The notes below the pieces were generated by a model. That model saw only the letters and a list, made by a program, of their open reading frames with translations. It was not told the DNA's origin and did not search any database. The translations under genes and the position numbers were made by a program. A stretch of 64,000 bases of DNA from Bugula neritina (lineage: Eukaryota; Animalia; Bryozoa). Location of the stretch: NCBI GenBank assembly GCA_964035545.1, contig OZ037766.1, forward strand, positions 20,386,767 to 20,450,766. Reading direction: 5' to 3'. Positions 1 through 12,995 of this stretch are shown here, in pieces; the first letter of the stretch is position 1, and each line of letters begins with the position of its first letter.

Positions 1-97
1 TTCCTAAATATTCTATAACTGCCAGGTTAACATAAATTTAGTATTTGCTTATGTTCCTGGTAATGAAGAATGGTTTTAGTTGAGTGGTCATTTGTAG

Positions 98-1326
98 ATT
101 AACTTGATAGCTCCACCTACGTACGTCATGACTACTACCACTCTGGAGAGAGATGGCGGAATAGCTAAGCTGCAAGAAGCTAATGACTTGATAAAAGAGG
201 CAATAGAAAAGTCTAAAGGCACTTTTAAAGTTAAGATGGAGGTTGGTGTCTTTTAATCAATTAGTAATTAAATTTATTTGGCCATTAATTCTACATTTCT
301 TTGTGTAATGCCTTCAGCGGGTAAGATTATGCTTTTCATACTCTACCTAATATTCTCATATTAGGTAAAGCATAAAAAGTATTGAAATGGAATGTTGGAT
401 AGTATTTGATAATTAGGGCAGACTGAATTTTAATTGAATTAAACTAAAAAGAAATAAATTTTGATAGTTTTTGGAGCTAACATTTTTAGCTTCTTTTTTG
501 CAATAAATATTCAAATTTAACAATCAACTACAGGTTGTTAGCAACTGGCCGATTTTCCACATTCAAGTTAGTCAGCTATGTTGTGGATATGCATGTTTTT
601 ATCAAATTTCTTATTATATTACTCCTTTCTTCATAGATTGGAAGCTGAATTAGTTTTTAGGAATCCTAATCCAGGTTATTTCAAAGATATATTATATGTC
701 ATATTGTAGCTTGCTCAATAAAAGAAAAATTAGCAAAAACAGCAAACATTGGCGGCCAATTTCGTTTCGAAGTGTATTAGTTGTGCAGATTTAGAAGCTT
801 GTTCAATATATAACTTGGTGCCGAGCTTGGTTGTGTTTTTATGGCTATCAATATATTGAAAATATCTGCAAACTAGCTAAGTCAAACATTACATCTACAT
901 CCACATCTCCAAGACCTATGTTAATAGTTATTCTCTTTGACCCTATAAAAAGGATTTTGTAATTTTGATCTTTGTGGTAAAAATGCATTCACTAAAGAGC
1001 TCAATTATTGACTTACTAGTTGGAGATTTCAGTTTTATAAATCATTATTATAATAGAAACCTACAGTTACTACAACCAATAAGCTTTATAGATGTAAATT
1101 GGTTTATTTGAGTTCACAGTTCAATTGCTGGTCGATATTCTATTAGTAACTATTCTTATTTTTATATTAGCCAAGAGTTGTGTCAGATCTGGAGGATTTG
1201 GAGCTGAAGAGGCAGTTGGCTGAGCTTGAAGATGCCAATGAAGAGGTTGATGGGGATGACGATGATGAAAGTGAAGAGGAGAGTGGAGATGAAGAGGATG
1301 AAGGAGGTGTCGATGAGGCAGAGTAA
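98..1326 (+). CDS. EIF2S1: Eukaryotic translation initiation factor 2 subunit alpha, last two coding exons (98-241, 1171-1326); 5' part lies outside the window
   Basis: Spliced translation [21 protein letters not shown]...FKVKME|[33 protein letters not shown]...* matches the known eIF2-alpha C-terminus. Canonical AG/GT junctions in phase 0; AATAAA at 1400-1405. Confidence 0.95.
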
Positions 1327-1577
1327 CTGCAAGATTTACTACTTTTGTTACAGTAATTTTAGGTTTTTACAAAATTGTTATTTGTATATGTTGATTATTA
1401 ATAAAGTAATGGCTGCTAATACTAAAAGAATGCTTTATTGCTATATATGTACAAATGTGTAAAAGCCAAACAATACATCTCACTATACAATATTATAGTA
1501 AAATACATATTAGTAGAATTCTCATGTTTCAACAATGACCTATGTGTTATTTACACCAGTAAACAAATCAGTACACA

Positions 1578-4500
1578 TCACTCAATCTCTCCCAGATAAA
1601 TCTGCTTATCGCTGGATCCTGACATGACTACAACAAAAAGTTCAGTTGAGTCTAGATTACTTGTGGACATAAATATTACTAGTCTCAATATAACTACCGA
1701 ATAATTTTTATAACAAAATTATCAAAAAATGAATTAGCAAGGGCCGAGATTTTAGTCAACAACAATGGTTATAATGAATTATACTTTCTAACAGCATTTG
1801 CTTGCCCTAGTAATAAATAAGAGAATGTAACTTACTAATAGGTTCTGTAGGGTGGAAGGCCACATCATTGACTGATCCCTCGTGGCCAGGTAATTTGTAC
1901 AACACCCTTCTAGAAGTAGTATCCCAAATGTAAACATATCTATCACCAGAACCAGCAGAAATCTTTGATCCATCTGGTGACCAGGCACACCGCAACAAAT
2001 TCTGAAATAGAAGAAAGATGGTTATTGCACAAAAATTGAGAAAGAATTACACACCATCAACTGATAAAGCCAAGAACTTGTAAATGTGTAAGCCAAATAG
2101 TGGATACGCAATCAACTTGGTACTAGAAACCAGCTGACATTAATTTGTACAATCATAAGAGCTTTTAAGCACTGGATCTTGCAAATGTTGTCAATACTAA
2201 GTCACAGCAGAAATATAAAATGTGTTAAATTAAATGAGCTTTTCCACTAATTACTTAGTTTGAAAACATGGGAATGCCATTTAAAAGATCAAATAGGTAA
2301 AGTAAAGATATAAACAATTGCTGTTTAACAAGTGACATATCTTCCTAAGAAATGTTGTAAAAATTTAGTAAAATAAATGGGAAAAACAGTTCTTTTTACT
2401 TATCTTAGACTATAGCTAATATTTCTTCAGTTTTACGCAAGCACATACACAATTCAGTAAGTTCAATTTTAAAATTCATTTATTGTACAATTCTAAGTTC
2501 TGTATATTAATTTTCCTTAGGCGAAATTTAAACTGACACCACATGTATAAATCAAAGAATTACGATTATAATGTATATATGCATTATATAATATCTTTCT
2601 GCTGCTATGGATGTTGTACAAGATCATTAGAGTAAGGCCCACCTGAAGCCTGAATTACCTATATTACAATTACTTATATATAAAATGTGGATTAGTTACA
2701 ACTGTTTTGTTATCAAGCTATTGAGTTGTATATTCAGCTCACTGACATTTGAAATCAGTAAGAATATTAAAGTTTTTACACAAGTTGCTGCAAACATTTG
2801 AAAACAAGCACAATAGTAGGTATAAAACGTAAAACAACAACATACTTTTTCGAATGAATGTTTGTGTCCACGGAAGATTTTCACACATCTCTCTTGGGGA
2901 GCAAATGGACGGATATCCCAACATCTAACTAAAAGTACAAATCAATATGCACAATTTACAGCTTATGACATTTTGACACAAAAAGTATTTTCTCCATCTT
3001 TTTAGTGTCGCAGCTTAAAAAGAAACCCATGGATGTCACAGAAGGATTGGGTGTGACTAGTAAGGATCGTCTGTAAAAGGCTATTGAAGATGCATATGTC
3101 TACAATTAAATTTTTTACTGTAACAGAAGTTCTTAAAAATGCTGTCACTATAGCCAACAAATGTCTACAGCTTTTCAAATAACTTGTCTTCTACAGTAGA
3201 CTTTTCGTGGACATTGAGATTTTATACTTATATAAACTGTTTAAGAAACTGTATTCTAAAATAATTTGTTAGTTTTCCACTACTTGTTTAACTAATCTAA
3301 ATTTGAACAAGAAAAATACTGCAGTGAAACTACAAAACAGCAGCTCTGTGTATGCGGAAATGGTTGCTGACAAGTTGTAAATGCAACTTATTAGAGTTGT
3401 CTTCTATTTCAATAAAAACCAACCACCCGAACATCCCAAGTTGATATATCGAGGAAGCTATTATAGCTTGGATACAATATTAAATTAAAATATTGCTTCC
3501 AGTACCCGAGTTATCCATGGAGTTGGAAAGTAAATAGGAGCCATCGGGAGACAACTCCAACCCTGTCAGTGTATCAGTGTGACCTCTCATCTTATACACC
3601 ATGGCATTCTTTCTCAGATCCCACACCTAATCATAAATAATTTACACCATCATCTATAGGAACCACTCACAGCACTAGTAACACAATGCCGAGTATCATA
3701 CAGTTAAAATTCCTTTAAAAATTGGTATAGGTTCAACTGAGATTGGGCAGCGATTACATGCTTTTAGCTGGTGTGGCTTGCGTTATTTCAAAACCTATAT
3801 TCATTTATAACTAATCAAAAAATAATGAAATAAATTAATTACATAAAGCAATGAATAGAATTAAAACAGCAGCAACTTTTTTAATAACACAGGCATTGTA
3901 TCAGAAATTAAAATTACCAAGAAAAGTTTGTGATTAAACAAATACATTTGAGACAGCAGCAAATCTAAAAGATCAAACCTATGTCGTGGAGATTTTCAAT
4001 TGAACTACTCGCAGGCCGCCGTGAACCATTTAGCATTTCAGCCAACCGAGCCCAGTCAACAAATTGAACAAGTGAAGGAATTTCATGTATTAGAACCGGA
4101 AGTATATTTATTAAAGTAGAGCAATTGAAATGGAGACATTCAATTCTCCAAAAAATATTTTGTAGCCTTCAATTTAATTGATATTAAACATGTATCTGCC
4201 TCAAAATTATTTTGGAGCCAAGACTTGGATAAATATTTAGGTGTACTTAAAAAATAGCAGCATTCAAATTTTCAACTCATAAAGTTTAGAACATGTATTC
4301 GTTTAGTTTAAATGAGTTCTTTAACTATGCAATTAAAGATTTGCTTGTGAACTTACTTTTATATCATTATCAATTCCACCTGAGAAAACCTGTTCTGCAG
4401 TGTCACTGAATGTCACAGATGTCACTTGATATGTTGCTTGAAAAGTATTAACAGGTGCTCTTTGCCGAGAATCCCATACCTGGAGATAACAACAAAGAAA

Positions 4501-6043
4501 CAACTTATTGACCACTCTGCAAAGGAGTGTATTAGAAGGTGCAGATGGTGGTACCAAAAGATTTAATTAGACTAGACCTAAACACATGTGCACGGCACAC
4601 AAATATAAAAGTACATTTAATAGTGTTTAAAGAGGCCAACAATGTATAGATATTACTATAAAATTGTTAGACCTTAATAGTTCCATCATCACTACCACTG
4701 CAGAGCATCTGGGGACCTCTCCTCGCACTGCTGACATCATTTACAAACGCTTGATGACCTTTAAACCTTTTAACTCTCTCACATGTCTCTAAATCCCACT
4801 TGGCAACAGTCTTGTCAGTGGAGCAGGTGAAAAGGGTACTGTAAATTTTATGAACAATATCTTATTATATATTATTTATTCCAGCATAGATATAAAGAGT
4901 TATAAACTTGCATAATTGAAGTTTTAGTGGATATTATTAGTAAGTATCATATCATAATTAAGAGCAGTTGTGTATGATAACTAACTGTAGCTGGCAGAGG
5001 AAGTATGTGGCCTGATGTGTGTTTGTGCAAATATATTAAAATTAATTTAAAATTATTACTATAAGAACTTTATTCCATTACACTATTCAGGTGCAAAGTA
5101 CTCAACAAATTTTAACAAACATGTTTTATAATTGCAATGATTCATATCATATATGTATGTGTAACATGACAAATTTGTATTTTCAACTATTATTAAAGAA
5201 TAAATGCCAGAAAAAAGCCATGCTACAATTCTAGATTTGAGCTACAGTGACAGCTTAAATAGTGATTCATAACTTAAAGCAACATAATTTGTCAAAATGA
5301 TAGCAAAATCTAACTAAGACATATAGAATCTCACCTATCATCTGTAGAGAACCGAAGAGACAACACTGCACCAGTATGACCTCTCATAGACATCCAGTTT
5401 TCACATTCACCATAAACATTCCATAATACTAGAACAAACAATGCTCATTCGCAAGCTGCAGTGATATGTTTAAAAAAAAGTAAACTAATTGCTAAATAAG
5501 TAATAGACAATTATAAACTTCAGCATAAACCTCCAAAATAATCAAGTCACAAAAACCTTTAAGCCCTGGCCACACGATCGTGAGAATGACACGAAACTCG
5601 TGTGACGATTTTCGTGAGTTATCTTTTCGTATTGACCAGCCACATGATCGTTTAAACGAAAAGTCATTATGCCGAGATTAGTACCGCAAGTTTATATAAG
5701 TTATAAAGGAAAAATTTTGCCATTTTTGTTATTTTTTTGGTATTTTATGTGTACATTTTTTTAGTTTTGTTTATTGGTAAAGTTTTTAAAAACATTTTTT
5801 ATGCATATAAAATTAAAAAAAAAATTTAAAACTCACTCATGCACGTAAATACAAAGCTATAAAGTTTAAGCTTCGCTGTGATTACCATGTGAATATGAAT
5901 TGAATAATGCTTGCAATAGCTATTTTACGCAAAATACTTTACAGTTGCTATAAATGTAAGACTAGTAAATTGGATGCAAATAGGCATAGTAATACTACTT
6001 AATTTATGCTATTTTTGAAATTTGTAGTAATTATTTGGCGTGC

Positions 6044-6113
<70 letters not shown>

Positions 6114-7255
6114 CTTAATATATACCACTTTGATGGCAACAAGTCATTTTTATTAGTCCGTGAATGGGTCTTCCACGAGATACAAGCAGCAGAACATATT
6201 GCCAAATAGAGAAACTTAGTAGAAATGAAATAATCACTGTTGCTAAAATTCTATTGACCAATCAAATGGTACTTATCGTCGATTGTGATTTTTCGTCCAT
6301 CGTCATCGTTGTGCACACCCAACGATGACGATTTCGTTTGAATTCCCTCAAATTTTCTCGTACGAATGTTTTTTCGTGTCAAATAGACGATTTCGTGTGA
6401 TTCTCACGATCGTGTGGCCAGGGCTTTAGAATGCAAAACGTTGGGTTTTAGAGTCTCTTGGGGTAGCAGCAAAGATGAATATTTCAAATTTTGCAATTAT
6501 ACAAAACATATGCCTCAGAGTCATAAGCATTTTATTTTAAACACTAAACACTGTTGCCAAAAGGAAGAACATATAATGAGATAACAGCTTAGAGACTTTA
6601 TTAGACATAAAGACAACATATTATAATACTTATTTTCCTCATAACTCATCGTTATAATCTAAAGTGACAAATAACAACTAATAATACATAGTTTTCTTGG
6701 TTCAAACTCTTGTTCACAGCTCTACAGCCATAACTCAAATAGATTAGTTCTAAACCAAAAAAAATCAACTTATGCTACAGTTTTTCAAAAATATTGATAA
6801 AATCAATCTACAGTTATTTACTTACAAATCTGTCGGTCAAAGCCGGTTGAGGCAATGAATTGTCCATCATGAGAAAATTTGCAGCAGAAGATATCACCTT
6901 CATGACCAGTGAGAAGCATAATAGGTGCCGTTAAATTACTAGTTCTCTGTATACCCTTTAATAAACAAACTGTAATCTAACATGAGGCAAAAAGAATGTT
7001 GCTAACAATATCTAACATGAATATTTATATGTTGGTAAATTACACAGACATTATTAAAGCTATATCAGCCATATTTCACTGCGGGTCAAACACGAAAACT
7101 ACAAATATTTTGTTAATGTATAGCCTTACAGCAGACAATAACTGCTTTTTAGTCTCTGGATCCAAGCCCACCAGCTGTGTTTCAGTTCGGGGAACTTTAG
7201 GAGGTCCCATTTCCATCAAAGCATGGCTTTCGGCGGGTCTTTTTACACCTTCCAT
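1578..7255 (-). CDS. SNRNP40: U5 snRNP 40 kDa WD40-repeat protein, 9 coding exons (7255-7130, 6955-6826, 5428-5335, 4838-4673, 4479-4357, 3626-3506, 2928-2846, 2001-1836, 1627-1578), ~352 aa
   Basis: All junctions are GT-AG and phase-compatible. Diagnostic peptides: APIMLLTGHEGDIFCCKF, LLWNVYGECEN, WDIRPFAPQERCVKIF, NLLRCAWSPDGSKISAGSGDRYVYIWDTTSRRVLYKLPGH and terminal SSDKQIYLGEIE*. An acceptor just upstream of the ATG (~7268) implies a distant non-coding first exon. Confidence 0.95.
5562..6425. mobile_element. PIF/Harbinger-type MITE in a SNRNP40 intron
   Basis: ~35-bp terminal inverted repeats (AGCCCTGGCCACACGATCGTGAGAAT... / ...ATTCTCACGATCGTGTGGCCAGGGCT) flanked by TTA on both sides (5559-5561, 6426-6428). 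No coding capacity. Confidence 0.85.
6047..6111. repeat. (TA)n microsatellite inside the Harbinger MITE
   Basis: Pure TA run of about 32 units. Confidence 0.95.
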
Positions 7256-7946
7256 TTCTCAATAAGTCTGTATACAATGATATCAATAAAATACCAAAAA
7301 AAAATCAAAATACAAGGAAAGCTAATTTCTATTACTTTTAGCTAAAATAGCGTTGATAAATTATTGTTGATGACATGATTACTGCAAATTACTACCAAAA
7401 CTTTTCTCTTGTCTAAACTGTAAATCAGTGGTTCCCAACCTGAGGGGAATTCCCCCCTAGGGAGGAATTTGGACATTTTAGGGGGGAATTTGGATTTTGA
7501 AAATTTTACGCAATTTGTTGACGGTTTTTGAGCTTTTGCAAGTTACAGGTATATGTATATCTATAAGTCTTCATCTTAGTTCGTCTATTTAACCAAACCA
7601 TATTCTGCAATCTCAGTTTACTTCTACATGAATGTGTTTATTAATTACTCTACCCTGACTGTTCTCTGTTCTATTTCTAATGGAGGTCAAAAATATGCAA
7701 AAACCAACAGGCCAACTTTTAGCAACCATGCAAGTCAATCTCTATGAACTGTATACTACATACCTAGTGAATATATTTGCTACACTAAATAATCTGAACC
7801 TAGAAATGCAGGAGTGCAATCATCATATCATTGCTTGTCATAGCAGCAGCAATGTTTTTAAAGTTACACTAAAATGGTGGCGTCTATCAAAAACACGGTG
7901 TTTTTCCCCACACTCAATGATATTTTAGAGGAGAAGAACCTGTTCC

Positions 7947-8153
7947 GATTTTAGGTAAAGATGCTACAGGTAAAAATCGCACACTGGTGTTAAATTTTTC
8001 CAAAGCCAAACCCAAACCCCTCCATTCTAAATGCCTAACCCCCAACTCAAATCTACAATGCTAATTTAGAAAATATGTGCCATTTTCACTTAATTTTCTA
8101 TTTGTGCCATCATTACCTGTACCATTTTTACCTGTACCATTTTTACCAGACAC
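7947..8153. mobile_element. Small palindromic MITE-like insertion nested in the hAT relic (copy 1)
   Basis: Its reverse complement aligns end-to-end with 8401-8707 (GTGTC...GGTAATAATGGCACAAATAGAAAA ... TTACCTAAAAT). C-rich CCTAACC/CCCAAACC core. Confidence 0.6.
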
Positions 8154-8400
8154 TTTCTGTTCCAGGTAATTTTTCAAAATGCTCCTAGGCATCTCTCTGA
8201 ACTTTTAATGGAGTTCTAACAGTATTTCTCTGAGCTACCTCCCAAAAAGAAAGAGCTAGATTCTTAACTTGACATGTGACCCATTGCAACGCTTTGTTGA
8301 AAAGTTTTCAGAAGAGTTACAAGAAAATCTTATTGAGTTGGTTCACAATTCAGCAATGAAGGGTGATTTGAAATCTTCTCCAGTTGATGAATTGCGGGTA

Positions 8401-8707
8401 GTGTCCAGGAGAAATGGCACAGGTAATAATGGCACAAATAGAAAAGTAGGTAAATTAGCACATGTTTTCATTACTGGGGCAAGGGTTTGGAGTTTGAAAG
8501 AGGGGTTTGAAGTAAGGATTTTGGGTTTGCGCTTGGGGTTCTGGAGTTTGGGGGGTGGGGGTTTGAGTTAGGAAGTAAGGGTTTGGGGTTTAAGGGTTGG
8601 GGGTTTGAGTTTAGAAAAATTTAACATTGGTGTGCCATTTTACCTACTTTTCCATTTGTGCCATTATTACCTGTGCCACTTTTACATGCACCAGTTTTAC
8701 CTAAAAT
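8401..8707. mobile_element. Small palindromic MITE-like insertion nested in the hAT relic (copy 2, opposite orientation)
   Basis: Subterminal inverted arms TGGCACAGGTAATAATGGCACAAAT..AAAAGTAGGTAAA / TTTACCTACTTTT..ATTTGTGCCATTATTACCTGTGCCA surround a G-rich GGGTTT-like core. Confidence 0.7.
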
Positions 8708-10159
8708 AATTGTGGGTTTCAACAAGCAAACTCTTCCCACACATAACTGACAAAGCAGAGTTCTGGTGCCATCCAGCACCACCTATCTGTGTGAGGTAGG
8801 ATTCTCATCAATTCAAAGAGAAGAGAAACTGCCTTAACCTGCAGAGTGACTTAAGATGGGCCTGGTCAAACAAAGAGCCAGGCTTTAAGCAAGCTGGCAC
8901 AAAAGCATCAAATGAAGCCATAACATTAATAACTGAACTGCCCTGTGTTTTATAATATAAAAATAATGATAATATTACTATTATGATGATTATATTATAT
9001 GCAAATATAATAGAACAAAACATATTGCATTGTATCATATATTCTCATTCAGTAAGTCATAAAATCTCTTCACTCTTCGAAGGGGGGGGGGATTAATAGT
9101 AAACATTTATGAAAGGGGGGAATAGAACGAAAAAGGTTGGGAACCACTGCTGTAAATACCTGTTGCTTAAAATGACAATTACTTTATTATTTAGGCAATA
9201 ATAGTATTATTTAAAATAAAACCATAATAACAATAACATATAAAAATGTAAACCACCAAAATAGCTACAATGTAACAATGAACTATTAAAAGTAAATCAA
9301 TGACTGAGACTCATTTAACTGGGTGTTATTACGTCTGAGAGTTAGCACACTGAATTCCATTGTTGGTTACAGATTACATTAGTACATCTTACAATAAAGA
9401 ATGAATGACAGAATGAACAACAAATGTTTTTAGTTTTACTTAGTACTCTATAATATATTATTATGTTTTGCAAATATTATATGCTAAATCAAAGTCACAA
9501 TGAAAATTACATCTGGCATTCCACAAATTGTAATTACACAATCCACTTACATATTTATGTTCCTGAAAACTACAAGCACAACTGCACGTAAGTCACATTA
9601 GTAATGTCATGGTGACCAAACTATTATTCATTAGGATAATGGTAAAAATCTATAATTATGATTCAAATTAGCTTACTAAATATATAATAAAACACTGTTA
9701 TCACAGCCAATGTTGTGATTTTACTTGAAACAGGTCATATGTGGCTGTGCATTCAGTAGTGAGGTTACCATTATTATGATTATGGATATTAATTTAAACT
9801 TATTGAATTAGGATTACCCCAAGTAGTAAGCTGTTAAGGACAAATTATTGAAAATCAATCTTCAAATTGAAGTTCAATATTATATAGTTACACCTATAAA
9901 GTTTATAAGTTATACTTAAAATCATAAATTTTATAGTCTTGATAATAATGAAAATAAATTAGAATATCAGTATGGCAACCAAAATTAAAATTATGAATAT
10001 AAAAATAACAATTAAAATTGATATAAATAAAGTTCACACCCTGTGTCTGTAAAGCATTTAGTGACCACAAAATTTTCAAGTTAAATGCCTTATTTATACC
10101 AGTGTGTTACAGTGGGTATGGCAGTGAATTAGCACATCGCTGATTTGTTGTTACTTAGA

Positions 10160-10735
10160 AGTATTTATTTTCAAGCTATGTGGTGTTAGAGGATGAAAAT
10201 TGTTGTAGTAAACATCCATCTTTGTGGATTTGGACTTTTGGCAAGTGCAGAGTGTAGTATTTGTATAATAGCCCAAAAAGTTTGATCTTTGCTAGTTTTT
10301 CGACCAGTATGCCGGTCAGACTTCATTCGTTGCTGGAATGTGATACCAAGATAACAAGCTTTGTCTGTCCAAAAGATGACAATATTAGCCAGTTTATAAG
10401 CAGGTGTCTGATTTGTTTGTTGAAAGCTATTTCATCTGAATGTGTTGAATAAAATTTTCCATTTTTGTGACCAGGCTTGTACAGCATAAATGTTTTTTTT
10501 AAATTTGATATATTCCTCATGACAATTAACTTCTTGGTATGAAAGGTTTTATCTGCGCAAAGGTCAACATGGCAGATTATTGTATTTATCAGATTGTTGA
10601 TATATACAAGAAAGAGGGTAAGTGCTGAAACTGAGCTTTCGGGCACTTCAGATGTGACATCACGCAAACTCAACCCTTGATTCTTTATAACTACTCTCTG
10701 TCTTTACCTAGTGAGAAAATTTTGAATCTAGCTTA
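10160..10735 (-). mobile_element. Highly degenerate CR1/L2-type LINE reverse-transcriptase fragment
   Basis: Translation IQNFLT..QRVVI..VTSEVPESSVSALTLFLVYINNL...VDLCAD is a decayed version of VTSGVPQGSVLGPxLFLxYINDL...LFADD. A YYNNF remnant of the ORF2 C-terminus lies near 10200. Confidence 0.75.
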
Positions 10736-11494
10736 GAAGGGAGAAGCTTAAATCAGGAAATTACCGGTTGTGGCTGCAGTGTAAAACAAGTGTATAACAA
10801 GGACATGTGTAACGTTCTGTTCCATTAATTCAACCATGTGATGAAGGACAACATATGTAAAAATTTTACATGAAATTATTGTGAGGGAACGAGGTCTGTA
10901 ATTGGAAACTTAGTTAGCCTCCTTTTCTTCATGAGCTAGAGAGGTCAAATTTGCTAATTTCTATTGGTCAGGTAGTCTGTCAGATTTTACGGAAGCTTGA
11001 TATATATGACTGAGACACTCAGTGACCATGACCTCTGGTTTGTGGATTCCATCTGGTAGTGGAAATTTCCTACTTCCTAGTCAAATAATCATCTTAGCAA
11101 CACCATTTTCTGACATTTCTATATTTTGATAAGGTGACTTCAAGTTCAGTTCAATAGCAAGATACTATTAACAACGTTAGCCGTTATATAGATATAAAAA
11201 GTAAATATTAAAAGTAAATGCTAATGATGTCTTACGATTAGCAATACTTCCTAAGTTTATATCCATAATGATACTAAATTGAATTTAGTAATAACGATGA
11301 AGATAATTCTTATAGTTGAACTCATTTACTACTAGTATTAAAAATTCTTATCGTCATCATGAATATAATTAATACATTATGATTTATATTATCATAAATT
11401 TATAACCGTAACACTAACAATTCAGTAAATGGTAGTAACTATTTATATTAATATCGATAATCATTAATTTTAAATTTAATCCTTATCGTAATGT

Positions 11495-11895
11495 CCTGGA
11501 GGAGTCAAAATATTTTAGATGTATTAATCTCCTTATGAAAATTCTAGCAAAAGAAGAGCAACATCTGGCTCTCAGTTTTGCCTATGATGACCTGCTGAAC
11601 AAACCAGCAAACAGCACCATACAGACTCGCTACCAAGCAAAGGGACAGCCCCCGATCAACGGCTGCTAACAGTACCAAGTACCTGAACAGTTTTTTCCCC
11701 AAGGACTATCCGGGACCTGAAAATTTGTCACAACCAAAGCAATAATTCAGAGATTTCCACATAGACAGGATTAAGTTTCTGTTCAGTATATACAGCCCAA
11801 ACTGTATGACTATTGACCAATGATTGTCTAACATTTTACCCATATGCGGAACACCCCTTCCTCCCTCTTGGGCGATCCAGTAAATTCGAGTAAGA
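11495..11895 (+). mobile_element. 5'-truncated CR1/L2-type LINE 3' end (ORF2 C-terminus plus 3' UTR)
   Basis: NLLMKILAKEEQHLALSFAYDDL and (frameshifted) YLNSFFPRTIRDLK parallel the ORF2 ends at 35736 and ~62330 in this window. Confidence 0.8.
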
Positions 11896-12333
11896 TACAG
11901 TTTAACTTTAAATTATATTCAATTTTACTAGTTGTAGTATTATAATTATGATTATCATTATAACTTATATTTATAGTTAATGTTATAGTTATAAATATTA
12001 AATTTGAAATAATTTAAATTATAAATAATATAAGCATTAAATTCAACGATAATTATGATGAAATTTATTCATAATGATATTGATTATCATTATTAATAAA
12101 CAACATACTTTATGATTATGATATTCATTGACATTATCATTATGATTATTCAATTTAATATTGTTGTGATTTTGTGGATTATAAGAATAGACTAGTAGTC
12201 TGCATGCCAGTTATTGTGATAGAAATAAAGTCTTTGTAAAATATTGATTCTAATAGTCTTTATTGATGTTTCCTCTGTGAGCTCCAGTGTTAGACTGATT
12301 TATACTAGAAAAACTCACGCTTATATACAGAGG

Positions 12334-12446
12334 GGTCCGAAGTTCGTACGAAGTTCGGAGTTCCGGCGACCGATGTCGGAAATATCCGGTCCGATCTCGG
12401 ACAGGCTCCTCCGACATCGGTTCCGACTTCGGACGAGCTTCGGCTC
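12334..12446. other. CpG-rich imperfect inverted repeat (hairpin)
   Basis: GTCCGAAGTTCGTACGAAGTTCGGA...CCGATGTCGGA pairs with TCCGACATCGG..TCCGACTTCGGACGAGCTTCGG. GC-rich island in very AT-rich surroundings. Confidence 0.7.
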
Positions 12447-12719
12447 ACATAGTTAATTATTTATAAAACAAAAAGAAAAGTGGCAGGGAATACAACTCAC
12501 AAAAAACTATTACAGTAAACAAACAAAAAATAATAGAAAGGGCAATTCACAATCATTACGCTATTTACTACACTAAGAGCTTAGCTATAATTACAATATT
12601 TGAGGCATTAGAAAGCTACGCAAGGAGCTTAGCTATAATTACAGCATTTACAGTATTTACAAAGTTACGCTAAGTCCATTATAATAGTGACGCGATATAA
12701 TTACTAGAGCGTTAAAATC

Positions 12720-12995
12720 TATTACAATATCATTATCATTATGATTATCATTTTAATTATGGTAGGCGCAATTACTATTAGTGAATTACTAAATGTAATC
12801 ATAATGATAATCAATACCATCATGACTGTGATGACACTAGTCACTATCAATATAAATATCATAATGATAACCATTGCCATATCTATATTCATATTCATAT
12901 TGATATTCAATTTTATATTCATTATGATTGATAATGATTATGATTATCATTTATGATTATAATTATAATAATCATTATCATTATGATTATGTTAA
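12720..12995. repeat. Degenerate ATC/ATT/ATG low-complexity tract
   Basis: Runs of ATTATC, ATTATG and ATATTC hexamers. Confidence 0.8.

Larger units (their letters stand above)
7426..9149 (+). mobile_element. Non-autonomous hAT (Charlie/Buster-like) DNA transposon with a decayed transposase C-terminus
   Basis: TIRs CAGTGGTTCCCAACC / GGTTGGGAACCACTG with a perfect 8-bp TSD CTGTAAAT (7418-7425, 9150-9157). Remnant peptides YLVNIFATLNNLNLEMQ, EELQENLIEL and TTYLCEVGFS (hAT dimerisation motif), broken by stops and frameshifts. Confidence 0.9.

Noticed and set aside
1226-1462. 78-aa Met/Lys-rich ORF
   Set aside because: Out-of-frame reading of the EIF2S1 last exon and its 3' UTR.
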